Shown in pieces: positions 37,101 to 52,100 of a stretch of DNA of 64,000 nt. Position 1 is the stretch's first letter; each line of letters begins with the position of its first letter. The notes under the pieces are model-generated. The model did not search any database, was not told the DNA's origin, and saw only the letters and a program-made list of their open reading frames with translations. The DNA is from Antedon mediterranea (taxonomy: Eukaryota; Animalia; Echinodermata). Where the stretch lies: NCBI RefSeq assembly GCF_964355755.1, contig NW_027306098.1:1-64000 (forward strand), read 5' to 3'. Both the position numbers and the translations under genes were made by a program.

Positions 37101-40100
37101 TTTGTGGAAGGTTTCATCGAAATGCACAAAATGGTCTAAAACGTCTCTAAATGCGATTTGAAGCTATTTTGTGCACTTTGATGTTTTTGTGAAAAGTTTC
37201 ATCGAAATGCACAAAATGGTCTAAAACGTCTCTAAATGCGATTTGAAGCTATTTTGTGCACTTTGTCGTTTTTGTGTGAAAAGTTTCATCGAAATGCTCA
37301 AAATGGTCTAAAACGTCTCCAAATGCGATTTGAAGCTATTTTGTGCACTTTGATGTTTTTGTGTGAAAAGTTTCATCGAAATGCACAAAATGGTCTAAAA
37401 CGTCTCCAAATGCGATTTGAAGCTATTTTGTGCACTTTGATGTTTTTGTGTGAAAAGTTTGATCGAAATGCACAAAATGGTCTAAAACGGTTTCAAATGT
37501 GATTTTAAGCACTTTGATATTTTTGTGTAATCAAGTTTTTTCGAAATGCACAAAATGGTCTAAAACGTCTCCAAATGCGATTTGAAGTTATTTTGTGCAC
37601 TTTGATGTTTTGTGTGAAAAGTTTTATCGAAATGCACAAAATGGTCTAAAACGGTTTCAAATGTGATTTTAAGCACTTTGATATTTTTGTGTAATCAAGT
37701 TTTTTCGAAATGCACAAAATGGTCTAAAACGTCTCCAAATGCGATTTGAAGTTATTTTGTGCACTTTGATGTTTTGTGTGAAAAGTTTTATCGAAATGCT
37801 CAAAATTGTCTAAAACGGTTTCAAATGTGATTTTAAGCACTTTGATATTTTTGTGTAACCAAGTTTCATCGAAATGCACAAAATGGTCTAAAACGTCTGC
37901 AAATGCGATTTGAAGCTATTGTGTGATTTTAAGAACTTTGATATTTTTGTGTAATCAAGTTTCATCGAAATGCACAAAATGATCTAAAGCGTCTTCAAAT
38001 GCGATTTGAAGCTATTTTGTGCACTTTGATGGTTTTGTGTGAAAAGTTTCATCGAAATGCACAAAATGGTCAAAAACGTCTCCAAATACGATAATAAGCT
38101 TTTTTATGCACATTGATGTTTTTGTGTGAAAAGTCTCATCGAAATGCACAAAATGGTCTAAAACGTCTCCAAATGCGATTTGAAGCTATTTTGTGCACTT
38201 TGATGTTTTGTGTAATGAAACGCACAAAATTGTCTAAAACGTCTCCGAATACGATATTAAGCTATTTTATGCACTTTGATGTTTTTGTGTGAAAAGTTTT
38301 TTCGAAATGCACAAAATGGTCTAAAACGTCTCCAAATGCGATTTGGAGCTCTTTTGTGCACTTTGATGTTTTGTGTAAAAAGTTTTATAGAAATGCACGA
38401 AATGGTCTAAAAGGGTTTCAAATGTGATTTTAAGCACTTTAATGTTTTGTGTAAAAAGTTTTATAGAAATGCTCGAAATGGTCTAAAACGTTTTCAAATG
38501 TGATTTTAAGCACTTTAATGTTTTGTGTGAAAATTTTTTTCGAAATGCACAACATGGTCTAAAACTTCTCCAAATGCGATTTGAAGATATTTTGTGCACT
38601 TTGATGTTTTTGTGTGAAAAGTTTCATCGAAACGCACAAAATGGTCTAAAACGTCTCCCAATACGATAATAAGCTATTGTATGCACTTTGTTGTTTTTGT
38701 GTGAAAAGTTTTTTCGAATTACACAAAATGGTCTAAAACGTCTCCAAATGCGATTTGGAGCTCTTTTGTGCACTTTGATGTTTTGTGTCAAAAGTATTAT
38801 AGAAATGCTCGAAATGGTCTAAAACGGTTTCAAATGTGATTTTAAGCACTTTCATGTTTTTGTGTAACCAAGTTTCATCGAGATGCACAAAAAAATCTAA
38901 AACGTCTCCAAATGCGATTTAAAGCTATTTTGTGCACTTTAATATTTTGTGTGAAAAGTTTTATCGAAATGCTCAAAATGGTCTAAAACGGTTTCAAATG
39001 TGATTTTAAGCACTTTGATGTTTTTGTGTAATCAAGTTTCATCGAAATGCACAAAATGGTTTAAAACGTCTGCAAATGCGATTTGAAGCTATTTTGTGCA
39101 CTTTGATGTTTTGTGTAATACAGTTTCATCGAAATGTCCAAAATTGTCTAAAACCTCTCAAAATGCGATTTGAAGCTATTTTGTGCACTTTGATTTTTTT
39201 GTGTGAAAAGTTTCATCGAAATGCACAAAATTGTCTAAAACGTCTCCAAATGCGATTTGGAGCTCTTTTGTGCACTTTGATGTTTTGTGTAAAAAGTTTT
39301 TTAGAAATGCTCGAAATGGTCTAAAACGTCTTCAAATGTGATTTTAAGCACTTTAATGTTTTGTGTGAAAAGTTTTATCGAAATGCTCAAAATTGTCTAA
39401 AACGGTTTCAAATGTGATTTTAAGAACTTTGATATTTTTGTGTAATCAAGTTTTTTCAAAATGCACAACATGGTCTAAAACGTCTCCAAATGCGATTTGA
39501 AGCTATTTTGTGCACTTTGTTGTTTTTTGTGAAAAGTTTTATCGAAACGCACAAAATTGTCTAAAACGTCTCCAAATACGATATTAAGCTATTGTATGCA
39601 CTTTGTAGTTTTTGTGTGAAAAGTTTCATCGAAATGCTCAAAATGGTCTAAAACGTCTCCAAGTGCGATTTGAAGCTATTTTGTGCACTTTGATGTTTTT
39701 TTGTGAAAAATTTAATCGAAATGCACAAAATGGTCTAAAACGTCTCTAAATGCGATTTGAAGCTATTTTGTGCACATTGATGTTTTTGTGTGAAAAGTTT
39801 GATCGAAATGCACAAAATGGTCTAAAACGTCTCCAAATGCGATTTGAAGCTATTTTGTGCACTTTGATGTTTTGTGTGAAAAGTTTCACCAAAATGCACA
39901 AAATGGTCTAAAACGTCTCCAAATCCGTTTTGAAGCTAATCTAAGCACTTTTATGTTTTTATGTTAACAAGTTTTTTCGAAATGCAAAAAATGGTCTAAA
40001 ACGTCTCCAAATACGATTTGAAGCTCTTTTGTGCACTTTGTGATGTTTTGTGTAAAAAGTTTTATAGAAATGCACAAAATGGTCTAAAACGGTTTCAAAT

Positions 40101-43100
40101 GTGATTTTAAGCACTTTGATATTTTTGTGTTATCAAGTTTGAATCATCGAAATGCACAAAATGGTCTAAAACGTCTGCAAATGCGATTTGAAGCTATTTT
40201 GTGCACTTTGATGGTTTTGTGTGAAAAGTTTCATCGAAATGCACAAAATGGTCAAAAATGTCTCCAAATGATATTTGAAGCTATTTTGTGCACTTTGTTG
40301 TTTTGTGTGAAAAGTTTCATCGATATGCACAAAATGGTCTATAACGGTTTCAAATGTGATTTTAAGCACTTTGATATTTTTGTGTAATAAAGTTTTTTCA
40401 AAATGCACAAAATGGTCTAAAACGTCTCCAAATGCGATTTGAAGTTATTTTGTGCACTTTGATGTTTTGTGTGAAAAGTTTTATCGAAATGCTCAAAATG
40501 GTCTAAAACGGTTTCAAATGTGATTTTAAGCACTTTGATATTTTTGTGTAATCAAGTTTCATCTAAATGCACAAAATGGTCTAAAACGTCTGCAAATGCG
40601 ATTTGAAGCTATTTTGTGATTTTAAGAACTTTGATATCTTTGTGTAATCAAGTTTCATCGAAATGCACAAAATGGTCTAAAACGTCTCCAAATGCGATTT
40701 GAAGCTATTTTGTGCACTTTGTTGTTTTGTGTGAAAAGTTTCATCGAAATGCACAAAATGGTCTAAAACGGTTTCAAATGTGATTTTAAGCACTTTGATA
40801 TTTTTGTGTAATCAAGTTTTTTCGGAAAGCAAAAAATGGTCTAAAACGTCTCCAAATGCGATTTGAAGTTATTTTGTGCACTTTGAAGTTTTGTGTAATG
40901 AAACGCACAAAATGGTCTAAAACGTCTCCAAATGCGATTTGAAGCTATTTTGTGCACTTTGTTGTTTTTTGTGAAAAGTTTCATCGAAATGCACAAATTG
41001 GTCTAAAACCTCTCCAAATACGATATTAAGCTATTTTGTGCACATTGATGTTTTTGTGTGAAAAGTTTCACCAAAATGCACAAAATGGTCTAAAACGTCT
41101 CCAAATCCGTTTTGAAGCTAATCTAAGCACTTTGATGTTTTTATGTTAAAAAGTTTTTTCGAAATGCACAAAATGGTCTAAAACGTTTCCAAATACGATT
41201 TGAAGCTCTTTTGTGCACTTTGATATTTTGTGTAATAAGTTTTATAGAAACGCACAAAATGGTCTAAAACGGTTTCAAATGTGATTTTAAGCACTTATAT
41301 ATTTTTGTTTAACCAAGTTTCATCGAAATGCACAAAATGGTCTAAAACGTCTCCAAATGCGATTTGAAGCTGTTTTTGTGTGAAAAGTTTTTTCGAAATA
41401 CACAAAATGGTCTAAAACGTGCACTTTTGTGCACTTTGATGTTTTGTGTCAAAAGTTTTATAGAAATGCTCGAAATGGTCTAAAACGGTTTCAAATGTGA
41501 TTTTAAGCACTTTGATGTTTTTGTGTAATCAAGTTTATAGAAATGCTCGAAATGGTCTAAAACATCTTCAAATGTGATTTTAAGCACTTTAATGTTTTGT
41601 GTGAAAAGTTTTATCGAAATGCTCAAAATGGTTTAAAACGGTTTCAAATGTGATTTTAAGCACTTTGATATTTTTGTGTAATCAAGTTTTTTCGAAATGC
41701 ACAACATGGTCTAAAACGTCTCAAAATACGATATTAAGCTATTGTATGCACTTTGATGTTTTTCTGTGAAAAGTTTTTTCGAAATGCACAAAATGGTCTA
41801 AAACGTCTCAAAAAGCGATTTGGAGCTCTTTTGTGCACTTTGATGTTTTGTGTAAAAAGTTTTATAGAAATGCTCGAAATGTTCTACAACGGTTTCAAAT
41901 GTGATTTTAAGCACTTTGATATTTTTGTTTAACCAAGGTTCATCGAAATGCACAAAATGGTCTAAAACGTCTGCAAATGCGAATTGAAGCTATTTTGTGC
42001 ACTTTGATGTTTTGTGTAATCCAGTTTCATCGAAATGAACAAAATTGTCTAAAACCTCAAAAATGCGATTTCAAGCTATTTTGTGCACTTTGATGATTTT
42101 GTGTGAAAAGTTTTTTCGAAATGCACAAAATGGTCTAAAACGTCTCCAAATGCGATTTGGAGCTCTTTTGTGCACTTTGATGTTTTGTGTAAAAAGTTTT
42201 ATAGAAATGCTCGAAATGGTCTAAAACGTTTTCAAATGTGATTTTAAGCACTTTAATGTTTTGTGTGAAAAGTTTTATCGAAATGCTCAAAATGGTCTAA
42301 AACGGTTTCAAATGTGATTTTAAGCATTTTGATATTTTTGTGTAATCAAGTTTTTTTCGAAATGCACAACATGGTCTAAAACGTCTCCAAATGCGATTTG
42401 AAGCTATTTTGTGCACTTTGATGTTTTGTGTAATGAAACGCACAAAATGGTCTAAAACGTCTCCAAATGCGATTTGAAGTTATTTTGTGCACTTTGATGT
42501 TTTGTGTGAAAAGTTTTATCGAAATGCTCAAAATGGTCTAAAACGGTTTCAAATGTGATTTTAAGCACTTTGATATTTTTGTGTAATCAAGTTTTTTCGA
42601 AATGCACAACATGGTCTAAAACGTCTCCAAATGCGATTTGAAGCTATTTTGTGCACTTTGATGGTTTTGTGTAAAAAGTTTCATCGAAATGCACAAAATG
42701 GTCAAAAACGTCCCCAAATGCGATTTGAAGCTATTTTGTGCACTTTGTTGTTTTGTGTGAAAAGTTTCATCGAAACGCACAAAATGGTCTAAAACAGTTT
42801 CAAATGTGATTTTAAGCACTTTGATATTTTTGTGTAATCAAGTTTTTTCGGAATCCACAAAATGGTCTAAAACGTCTCCAAATGCGATTTGAAGTTATTT
42901 TGTGCACTTTGAAGTTTTGTGTAATGAAACGCACAAAATGGTCTAAAACGTCTCCAAATGCGATTTGAAGCTATTTGTGCACTTTGTTGTTTTGTGTGAA
43001 AAGTTTCATCGAAATGCACAAATTGGTCTAAAACGTCTCCAAATACGATATTAAGCTATTGTATGCACTTTGTTGTTTTTGTGTGAAAAGTTTTTTCGAA

Positions 43101-46100
43101 TTACACAAAATTGTCTAAAACGGCTCCAAATGCGATTTGGAGCTCTTTTGTGCACTTTGATGTTTTGTGTCAAAAGTTTTATAGAAATGCTCGAAATGGT
43201 CTAAAACGGTTTCAAATGTGATTTTAAGCACTTTCATGTTTTTGTGTAGCCAAGTTTCATCGAAATGCACAAAAAAATCTAAAACGTCTCCAAATGCGAT
43301 TTAAAGCTATTTTGTCCACTTTAATGTTTTGTGTGAAAAGTTTTATCGAAATTCTCAAAATGGTCTAAAACGGTTTCAAATGTGATTTTAAGTACTTTGA
43401 TGTTTTTGTGTAATCAAGTTTCATCGAAATGCACAAAATGGTTTAAAACGTCTGCAAATGCGATTTGAAGCTATTTTGTGCACTTTGATGTTTTGTGTAA
43501 TCCAGTTTCATCGAAATGTACAAAATTGTCTAAAACCTCTAAAAATGCGATTTGAAGCTATTTTGTGCACTTTGATGTTTTTGTGTGAAAAGTTTCATCG
43601 AAATGCACAAAATTGTCTAAAACGTCTCCAAATACGATATTAAGCTATTGTATGCACTTTGATGTTTTTGAGTGAAAAGTTTTTTCGAAATGCACAAAAT
43701 GGTCTAAAACGTCTCCAAATGCGATTTGGAGCTCTTTTGTGCACTTTGATGTTTTGTGTAAAAAGTTTGCTATTTTGTGCACTTTAATGTTTTGTGTGAA
43801 AAGTTTTATCGAAATGCTCAAAATTGTCTAAAACGGTTTCAAATGTGATTTTAAGCACTTTGATATTTTTGTGTAATCAAGTTTTTTCGAAATGCACAAC
43901 ATGATCTAAAACGTCTCCAAATGCGATTTGAAGCTATTTTGTGCACTTTGATGTTTTTGTGTGAAAAGTTTCATCGAAATGCACAAAATGGTCTAAAACG
44001 TCTCTAAATGCGATTTGAAGCTATTTTGTGCACTTTGTCGTTTTTGTGTGAAAAGTTTCATCGAAATGCTCAAAATGGTCTAAAACGTCTCCAAATGCGA
44101 TTTGAAGCTATTTTGTGCACTTTGATGTTTTTTTGTGAAAAGTTTCATCGAAATGCACAAAATGGTCTAAAACGTCTCTAAATGCGATTTGAAGCTATTT
44201 TGTGCACTTTGATGTTTTTGTGTGAAAAGTTTCATCGAAATGCACAAAATGGTCTAAAACGTCTCTAAATGCGATTTGAAGCTATTTTGTGCACTTTGAT
44301 GTTTTTTTGTGAAAAGTTTCATCGAAATGCACAAAATGGTCTAAAACGTCTCTAAATGCGATTTGAAGCTATTTTGTGCACTTTGTCGTTTTTGTGTGAA
44401 ATGTTTCATCGAAATGCTCAAAATGGTCTAAAACGTCTCCAAATGCGATTTGAAGCTATTTTGTGCACTTTGATGTTTTTGTGTGAAAAGTTTCATCGAA
44501 ATGCACAAAATGGTCTAAAACGGTTTCAAATGTGATTTTAAGCACTTTGATATTTTTGTGTAATCAAGTTTTTTCGAAATGCACAAAATGGTCTAAAACG
44601 TCTCCAAATGCGATTTAAAGCTATTTTGTGCACTTTAATGTTTTGTGTGAAAAGTTTTATCGAAATTCTCAAAATGGTCTAAAACGGTTTCAAATGTGAT
44701 TTTAAGCACTTTGATGTTTTTGTGTAATCAAGTTTCATCGAATTCATCAAATTCGATTTGAAGCTATTTTGTGCACTTTGATGTTTTGTGTAATCCAGTT
44801 TCATCGAAATGTAAAAAATTGTCTATAACGTCTCTAAATGCGATTTGAAACTATTTTGTGGACTTTGTCGTTTTTGTGTGAAAAGTTTCATCGAAATGCT
44901 CAAAATGATCTAAAACGTCTCCAAATGCGATTTGAAGCTATTTTGTGCACTTTGATGTTTTTGTGTGAAAAGTTTCATCGAAATGCACAAAATGGTCTAA
45001 AACGGTTTCAAATGTGATTTTAAGCACTTTGATATTTTTGTGTAATCAAGTTTTTTCGAAATGCACAAAATGGTCTAAAACGTCTCCAAATGCGATTTGA
45101 AGTTATTTTGTGCACTTTGATGTTTTGTGTGAAAAGTTTCATCGAAATGCTCAAAATGGTCTAAAACGGTTTCAAATGTGATTTTAAGCACTTTGATATT
45201 TTTGTGTAATCAAGTTTCATCGAAATGCACAAAATGGTCTAAAACGTCTGCAAATGCGATTTGAAGCTATTTTGTGCACTTTGATGGTTTGTGTGAAAAG
45301 TTTCATCGAAATGCACAAAATGGTCAAAAATGTCTCCAAATGCGATTTGAAGCTATTTTGTGGACTTTGTGGTTTTGTGTGAAAAGTTTTATCGAAATGC
45401 ACAAAATAGTCTAAAACGGTTTCAAATGTGATTTTAAGCACTTTGATATTTTTGTTTAACCAAGTTTCATCGAAATGCACAAAATGGTCTAAAACGTCTC
45501 CAAATGCGATTTGAAGTTATTTTGTGCACTTTGATGTTTTGTGTGAAAAGTTTTATCGAAATGCTCAAAATGGTCTAAAACGGTTTCAAATGTGATTTTA
45601 AGCGCTTTGATATTTTTGTGTAATCAAGTTTTTTCGAAATGCACAACATGGTCTAAAACGTCTCCAAATGCGATTTGAAGCTATATTGTGCACTTTGATG
45701 TTTTGTGTAATGAAACGCACAAAATGGTCTAAAACGCCTGTTTTCTGTGAAAATTTTCATCGAAATGCAAAAAATTGTCTAAAACGTCTCCAAATGCGAT
45801 TTGAAGCTATTTTGTGCACTTTGTTGTTTTGTGTGAAAAGTTTCATCGAAATGCACAAATTGGTCTAAAACCTCTCCAAATACGATATTAAGCTATTTTG
45901 TGCACATTGATGTTTTTGTGTGAAAAGTTTCACCAAAATGCACAAAATGGTCTAAAACGTCTCCAAATCCGTTTTGAAGCTAATCTAAGCACTTTGATGT
46001 TTTTATGTTAAAAAGTTTTTTCGAAATGCACAAAATGGTCTAAAACGTTTCCAAATACGATTTGAAGCTCTTTTGTGCACTTTGATATTTTGTGTAATAA

Positions 46101-49100
46101 GTTTTATAGAAACGCACAAAATGGTCTAAAACGGTTTCAAATGTGATTTTAAGCACTTATATATTTTTGTTTAACCAAGTTTCATCGAAATGCACAAAAT
46201 GGTCTAAAACGTCTCCAAATGCGATTTGAAGCTGTTTTTGTGTGAAAAGTTTTTTCGAAATACACAAAATGGTCTAAAACGTGCACTTTTGTGCACTTTG
46301 ATGTTTTGTGTCAAAAGTTTTATAGAAATGCTCGAAATGGTCTAAAACGTTTTCAAATGTGATTTTAAGCACTTTAATGTTTTGTGTGAAAAGTTTTATC
46401 GAAATGCTCAAAATGGTCTAAAACGGTTTCAAATGTGATTTTAAGCATTTTGATATTTTTGTGTAATCAAGTTTTTTTCGAAATGCACAACATGGTCTAA
46501 AACGTCTCCAAATGCGATTTGAAGCTATTTTGTGCACTTTGATGTTTTGTGTAATGAAACGCACAAAATGGTCTAAAACGTCTCCAAATGCGATTTGAAG
46601 TTATTTTGTGCACTTTGATGTTTTGTGTGAAAAGTTTTATCGAAATGCTCAAAATGGTCTAAAACGGTTTCAAATGTGATTTTAAGCACTTTGATATTTT
46701 TGTGTAATCAAGTTTTTTCGAAATGCACAACATGGTCTAAAACGTCTCCAAATGCGATTTGAAGCTATTTTGTGCACTTTGATGGTTTTGTGTAAAAAGT
46801 TTCATCGAAATGCACAAAATGGTCAAAAACGTCCCCAAATGCGATTTGAAGCTATTTTGTGCACTTTGTTGTTTTGTGTGAAAAGTTTCATCGAAACGCA
46901 CAAAATGGTCTAAAACAGTTTCAAATGTGATTTTAAGCACTTTGATATTTTTGTGTAATCAAGTTTTTTCGGAATCCACAAAATGGTCTAAAACGTCTCC
47001 AAATGCGATTTGAAGTTATTTTGTGCACTTTGAAGTTTTGTGTAATGAAACGCACAAAATGGTCTAAAACGTCTCCAAATGCGATTTGAAGCTATTTGTG
47101 CACTTTGTTGTTTTGTGTGAAAAGTTTCATCGAAATGCACAAATTGGTCTAAAACGTCTCCAAATACGATATTAAGCTATTGTATGCACTTTGTTGTTTT
47201 TGTGTGAAAAGTTTTTTCGAATTACACAAAATTGTCTAAAACGGCTCCAAATGCGATTTGGAGCTCTTTTGTGCACTTTGATGTTTTGTGTCAAAAGTTT
47301 TATAGAAATGCTCGAAATGGTCTAAAACGGTTTCAAATGTGATTTTAAGCACTTTCATGTTTTTGTGTAGCCAAGTTTCATCGAAATGCACAAAAAAATC
47401 TAAAACGTCTCCAAATGCGATTTAAAGCTATTTTGTGCACTTTAATGTTTTGTGTGAAAAGTTTTATCGAAATTCTCAAAATGGTCTAAAACGGTTTCAA
47501 ATGTGATTTTAAGTACTTTGATGTTTTTGTGTAATCAAGTTTCATCGAAATGCACAAAATGGTTTAAAACGTCTGCAAATGCGATTTGAAGCTATTTTGT
47601 GCACTTTGATGTTTTGTGTAATCCAGTTTCATCGAAATGTACAAAATTGTCTAAAACCTCTAAAAATGCGATTTGAAGCTATTTTGTGCACTTTGATGTT
47701 TTTGTGTGAAAAGTTTCATCGAAATGCACAAAATTGTCTAAAACGTCTCCAAATACGATATTAAGCTATTGTATGCACTTTGATGTTTTTGAGTGAAAAG
47801 TTTTTTCGAAATGCACAAAATGGTCTAAAACGTCTCCAAATGCGATTTGGAGCTCTTTTGTGCACTTTGATGTTTTGTGTAAAAAGTTTGCTATTTTGTG
47901 CACTTTAATGTTTTGTGTGAAAAGTTTTATCGAAATGCTCAAAATTGTCTAAAACGGTTTCAAATGTGATTTTAAGCACTTTGATATTTTTGTGTAATCA
48001 AGTTTTTTCGAAATGCACAACATGATCTAAAACGTCTCCAAATGCGATTTGAAGCTATTTTGTGCACTTTGATGTTTTTGTGTGAAAAGTTTCATCGAAA
48101 TGCACAAAATGGTCTAAAACGTCTCTAAATGCGATTTGAAGCTATTTTGTGCACTTTGTCGTTTTTGTGTGAAAAGTTTCATCGAAATGCTCAAAATGGT
48201 CTAAAACGTCTCCAAATGCGATTTGAAGCTATTTTGTGCACTTTGATGTTTTTTTGTGAAAAGTTTCATCGAAATGCACAAAATGGTCTAAAACGTCTCT
48301 AAATGCGATTTGAAGCTATTTTGTGCACTTTGATGTTTTTGTGTGAAAAGTTTCATCGAAATGCACAAAATGGTCTAAAACGTCTCTAAATGCGATTTGA
48401 AGCTATTTTGTGCACTTTGATGTTTTTTTGTGAAAAGTTTCATCGAAATGCACAAAATGGTCTAAAACGTCTCTAAATGCGATTTGAAGCTATTTTGTGC
48501 ACTTTGTCGTTTTTGTGTGAAATGTTTCATCGAAATGCTCAAAATGGTCTAAAACGTCTCCAAATGCGATTTGAAGCTATTTTGTGCACTTTGATGTTTT
48601 TGTGTGAAAAGTTTCATCGAAATGCACAAAATGGTCTAAAACGGTTTCAAATGTGATTTTAAGCACTTTGATATTTTTGTGTAATCAAGTTTTTTCGAAA
48701 TGCACAAAATGGTCTAAAACGTCTCCAAATGCGATTTAAAGCTATTTTGTGCACTTTAATGTTTTGTGTGAAAAGTTTTATCGAAATTCTCAAAATGGTC
48801 TAAAACGGTTTCAAATGTGATTTTAAGCACTTTGATGTTTTTGTGTAATCAAGTTTCATCGAATTCATCAAATTCGATTTGAAGCTATTTTGTGCACTTT
48901 GATGTTTTGTGTAATCCAGTTTCATCGAAATGTAAAAAATTGTCTATAACGTCTCTAAATGCGATTTGAAACTATTTTGTGGACTTTGTCGTTTTTGTGT
49001 GAAAAGTTTCATCGAAATGCTCAAAATGATCTAAAACGTCTCCAAATGCGATTTGAAGCTATTTTGTGCACTTTGATGTTTTTGTGTGAAAAGTTTCATC

Positions 49101-52100
49101 GAAATGCACAAAATGGTCTAAAACGGTTTCAAATGTGATTTTAAGCACTTTGATATTTTTGTGTAATCAAGTTTTTTCGAAATGCACAAAATGGTCTAAA
49201 ACGTCTCCAAATGCGATTTGAAGTTATTTTGTGCACTTTGATGTTTTGTGTGAAAAGTTTCATCGAAATGCTCAAAATGGTCTAAAACGGTTTCAAATGT
49301 GATTTTAAGCACTTTGATATTTTTGTGTAATCAAGTTTCATCGAAATGCACAAAATGGTCTAAAACGTCTGCAAATGCGATTTGAAGCTATTTTGTGCAC
49401 TTTGATGGTTTGTGTGAAAAGTTTCATCGAAATGCACAAAATGGTCAAAAATGTCTCCAAATGCGATTTGAAGCTATTTTGTGGACTTTGTGGTTTTGTG
49501 TGAAAAGTTTTATCGAAATGCACAAAATAGTCTAAAACGGTTTCAAATGTGATTTTAAGCACTTTGATATTTTTGTTTAACCAAGTTTCATCGAAATGCA
49601 CAAAATGGTCTAAAACGTCTCCAAATGCGATTTGAAGTTATTTTGTGCACTTTGATGTTTTGTGTGAAAAGTTTTATCGAAATGCTCAAAATGGTCTAAA
49701 ACGGTTTCAAATGTGATTTTAAGCGCTTTGATATTTTTGTGTAATCAAGTTTTTTCGAAATGCACAACATGGTCTAAAACGTCTCCAAATGCGATTTGAA
49801 GCTATATTGTGCACTTTGATGTTTTGTGTAATGAAACGCACAAAATGGTCTAAAACGCCTGTTTTCTGTGAAAATTTTCATCGAAATGCAAAAAAATTGT
49901 CTAAAACGTCTCCAAATGCGATTTCAAGCTATTTTGTGCACTTTGTTGTTTTGTGTGAAAAGTTTCATCGAAATGCACAAAATTGTCTAAAACGTCTCCA
50001 AATACGATTTGAAGCTATTTTGTGCACTTTGATGTTTTTGTGTGAAAAGTTTTTTCGAAATACACAAAATGGTCTAAAACGTCTCCAAATGCGATTTGAA
50101 GCTATTTTGGGCACTTTGATGTTTTTTTCTGAAAAGTTTCATCGAAATGCACAAAATGGTCTAAAACGTCTCCAAATGCGATTTAAAGCTATTTTGTGCA
50201 CTTTAATGTTTTGTGTGAAAAGTTTTATCGAAATTCTCAAAATGGTCTAAAACGGTTTCAAATGTGATTTTAAGCACTTTGATGTTTTTGTGTAATCAAG
50301 TTTCATCAAAATGCACAAAATGGTTTAAAACGTCTGCAAATGCGATTTGAACCTATTTTGTGCACTTTGATGTTTTGTGTAATCCAGTTTCATCGAAATG
50401 TACAAAATTGTCTAAAACCTCTCAAAATGCGATTTGAAGCTATTTTGTGCACTTTGATGTTTTTGTGTGAAAAGTTTCATCGAAATTCACAAAATTGTCT
50501 AAAACGTCTCCAAATACGATATTAAGCTATTGTATGCACTTTGATGTTTTTGAGTGAAAAGTTTTTTCGAAATGCACAAAATGGTCTAAAACGTCACCAA
50601 ATGCGATTTGGAGCTCTTTTGTGCACTTTGATGTTTTGTGTAAAAAGTTTGCTATTTTGTGCACTTTAATGTTTTGTGTAAAAAGTTTTATCGAAATGCT
50701 CAAAATTGTCTAAAACGGTTTCAAATGTGATTTTAAGCACTTTGATATTTTTGTGTAATCAAGTTTTTTCGAAATGCACAACATGGTCTAAAACGTCTCC
50801 AAATGCGATTTGAAGCTATTTTGTGCACTTTGATGGTTTTGTGTAAAAAGTTTCATCGAAATTCACAAAATGGTCAAAAACGTCTCCAAATGCGATTTGA
50901 AACTATTTTGTGCACTTTGTTGTTTTGTGTGAAAAGTTTCATCGAAATGCACAAAATGGTCTAAAACGGTTTCAAATGTGATTTTAAGCACTTTGATATT
51001 TTTGTGTAATCAAGTTTTTTTCGGAATCCACAAAATGGTCTAAAACGTCTCCAAATGCGATTTGAAGTTATTTTGTGCACTTTGAAGTTTTGTGTAATGA
51101 AACGCACAAAATGGTCTAAAACGTCTCCAAATGCGATTTGAAGCTATTTTGTGCACTTTGTTGTTTTGTGTGAAAAGTTTCATCGAAATGCACAAATTGG
51201 TCTAAAACGTCTCCAAATACGATATTAAGCTATTGTATGCACTTTGTTGTTTTTGTGTGAAAAGTTTTTTCGAATTACACAAAATGGTCTAAAACGTCTC
51301 CAAATGCGATTTGGAGCTCTTTTGTGCACTTTGATGTTTTGTGTCAAAAGTTTTATAGAAATGCTCGAAATGGTCTAAAACGGTTTCAAATGTGATTTTA
51401 AGCACTTTGATGTTTTTGTGTAACCAAGTTTCATCGAAATGCACAAAAAAATCTAAAACGTCTCCAAATGCGATTTAGAGCTATTTTGTGCACTTTAATG
51501 TTTTGTGTGAAAAGTGTTATCGAAATGCACAAAATGGTCTAAAACGGTTTCAAATGTGATTTGAAGCTATTTTGTGCACTTTGTGGTTTTGTGTGAAAGT
51601 TTTATCGAAATGCACAAAATAGTCTAAAACGGCTTCAAATGTGATTTTAAGCACATTGATATTTTTGTGTAATCAAGTTTCATCGAAATGCACAAAATGG
51701 TCTAAAACGTCTGCAAATGCGATTTGAAGCTATTTTGTGATTTTAAGAACTTTGATATTTTTGTGTAATCAAGTTTCATCGAAATGCACAAAATTGTCTA
51801 AAACGTCTGCAAATGCGATTTGAAGCTATTTGTGCACTTTGATGGTTTTGTGTAAAAAGTTTCATCGAAATGCACAAAATGGTCAAAAACGTCTCCAAAT
51901 GCGATTTGAAGCTATTCTGTGCACTTTGTTGTTTTGTGGGAAAAGTTTCATCGAAATGCACAAAATGGTCTAAAACGGTTTCAAATGTGATTTTAAGCAC
52001 TTTGATATTTTTGTGTAATCAAGTTTTTTCAAAATGCACAACATGGTCTAAAACGTCTCCAAATGCGATTTGAAGCTATTTTGTGCACTTTGTAGTTTTT

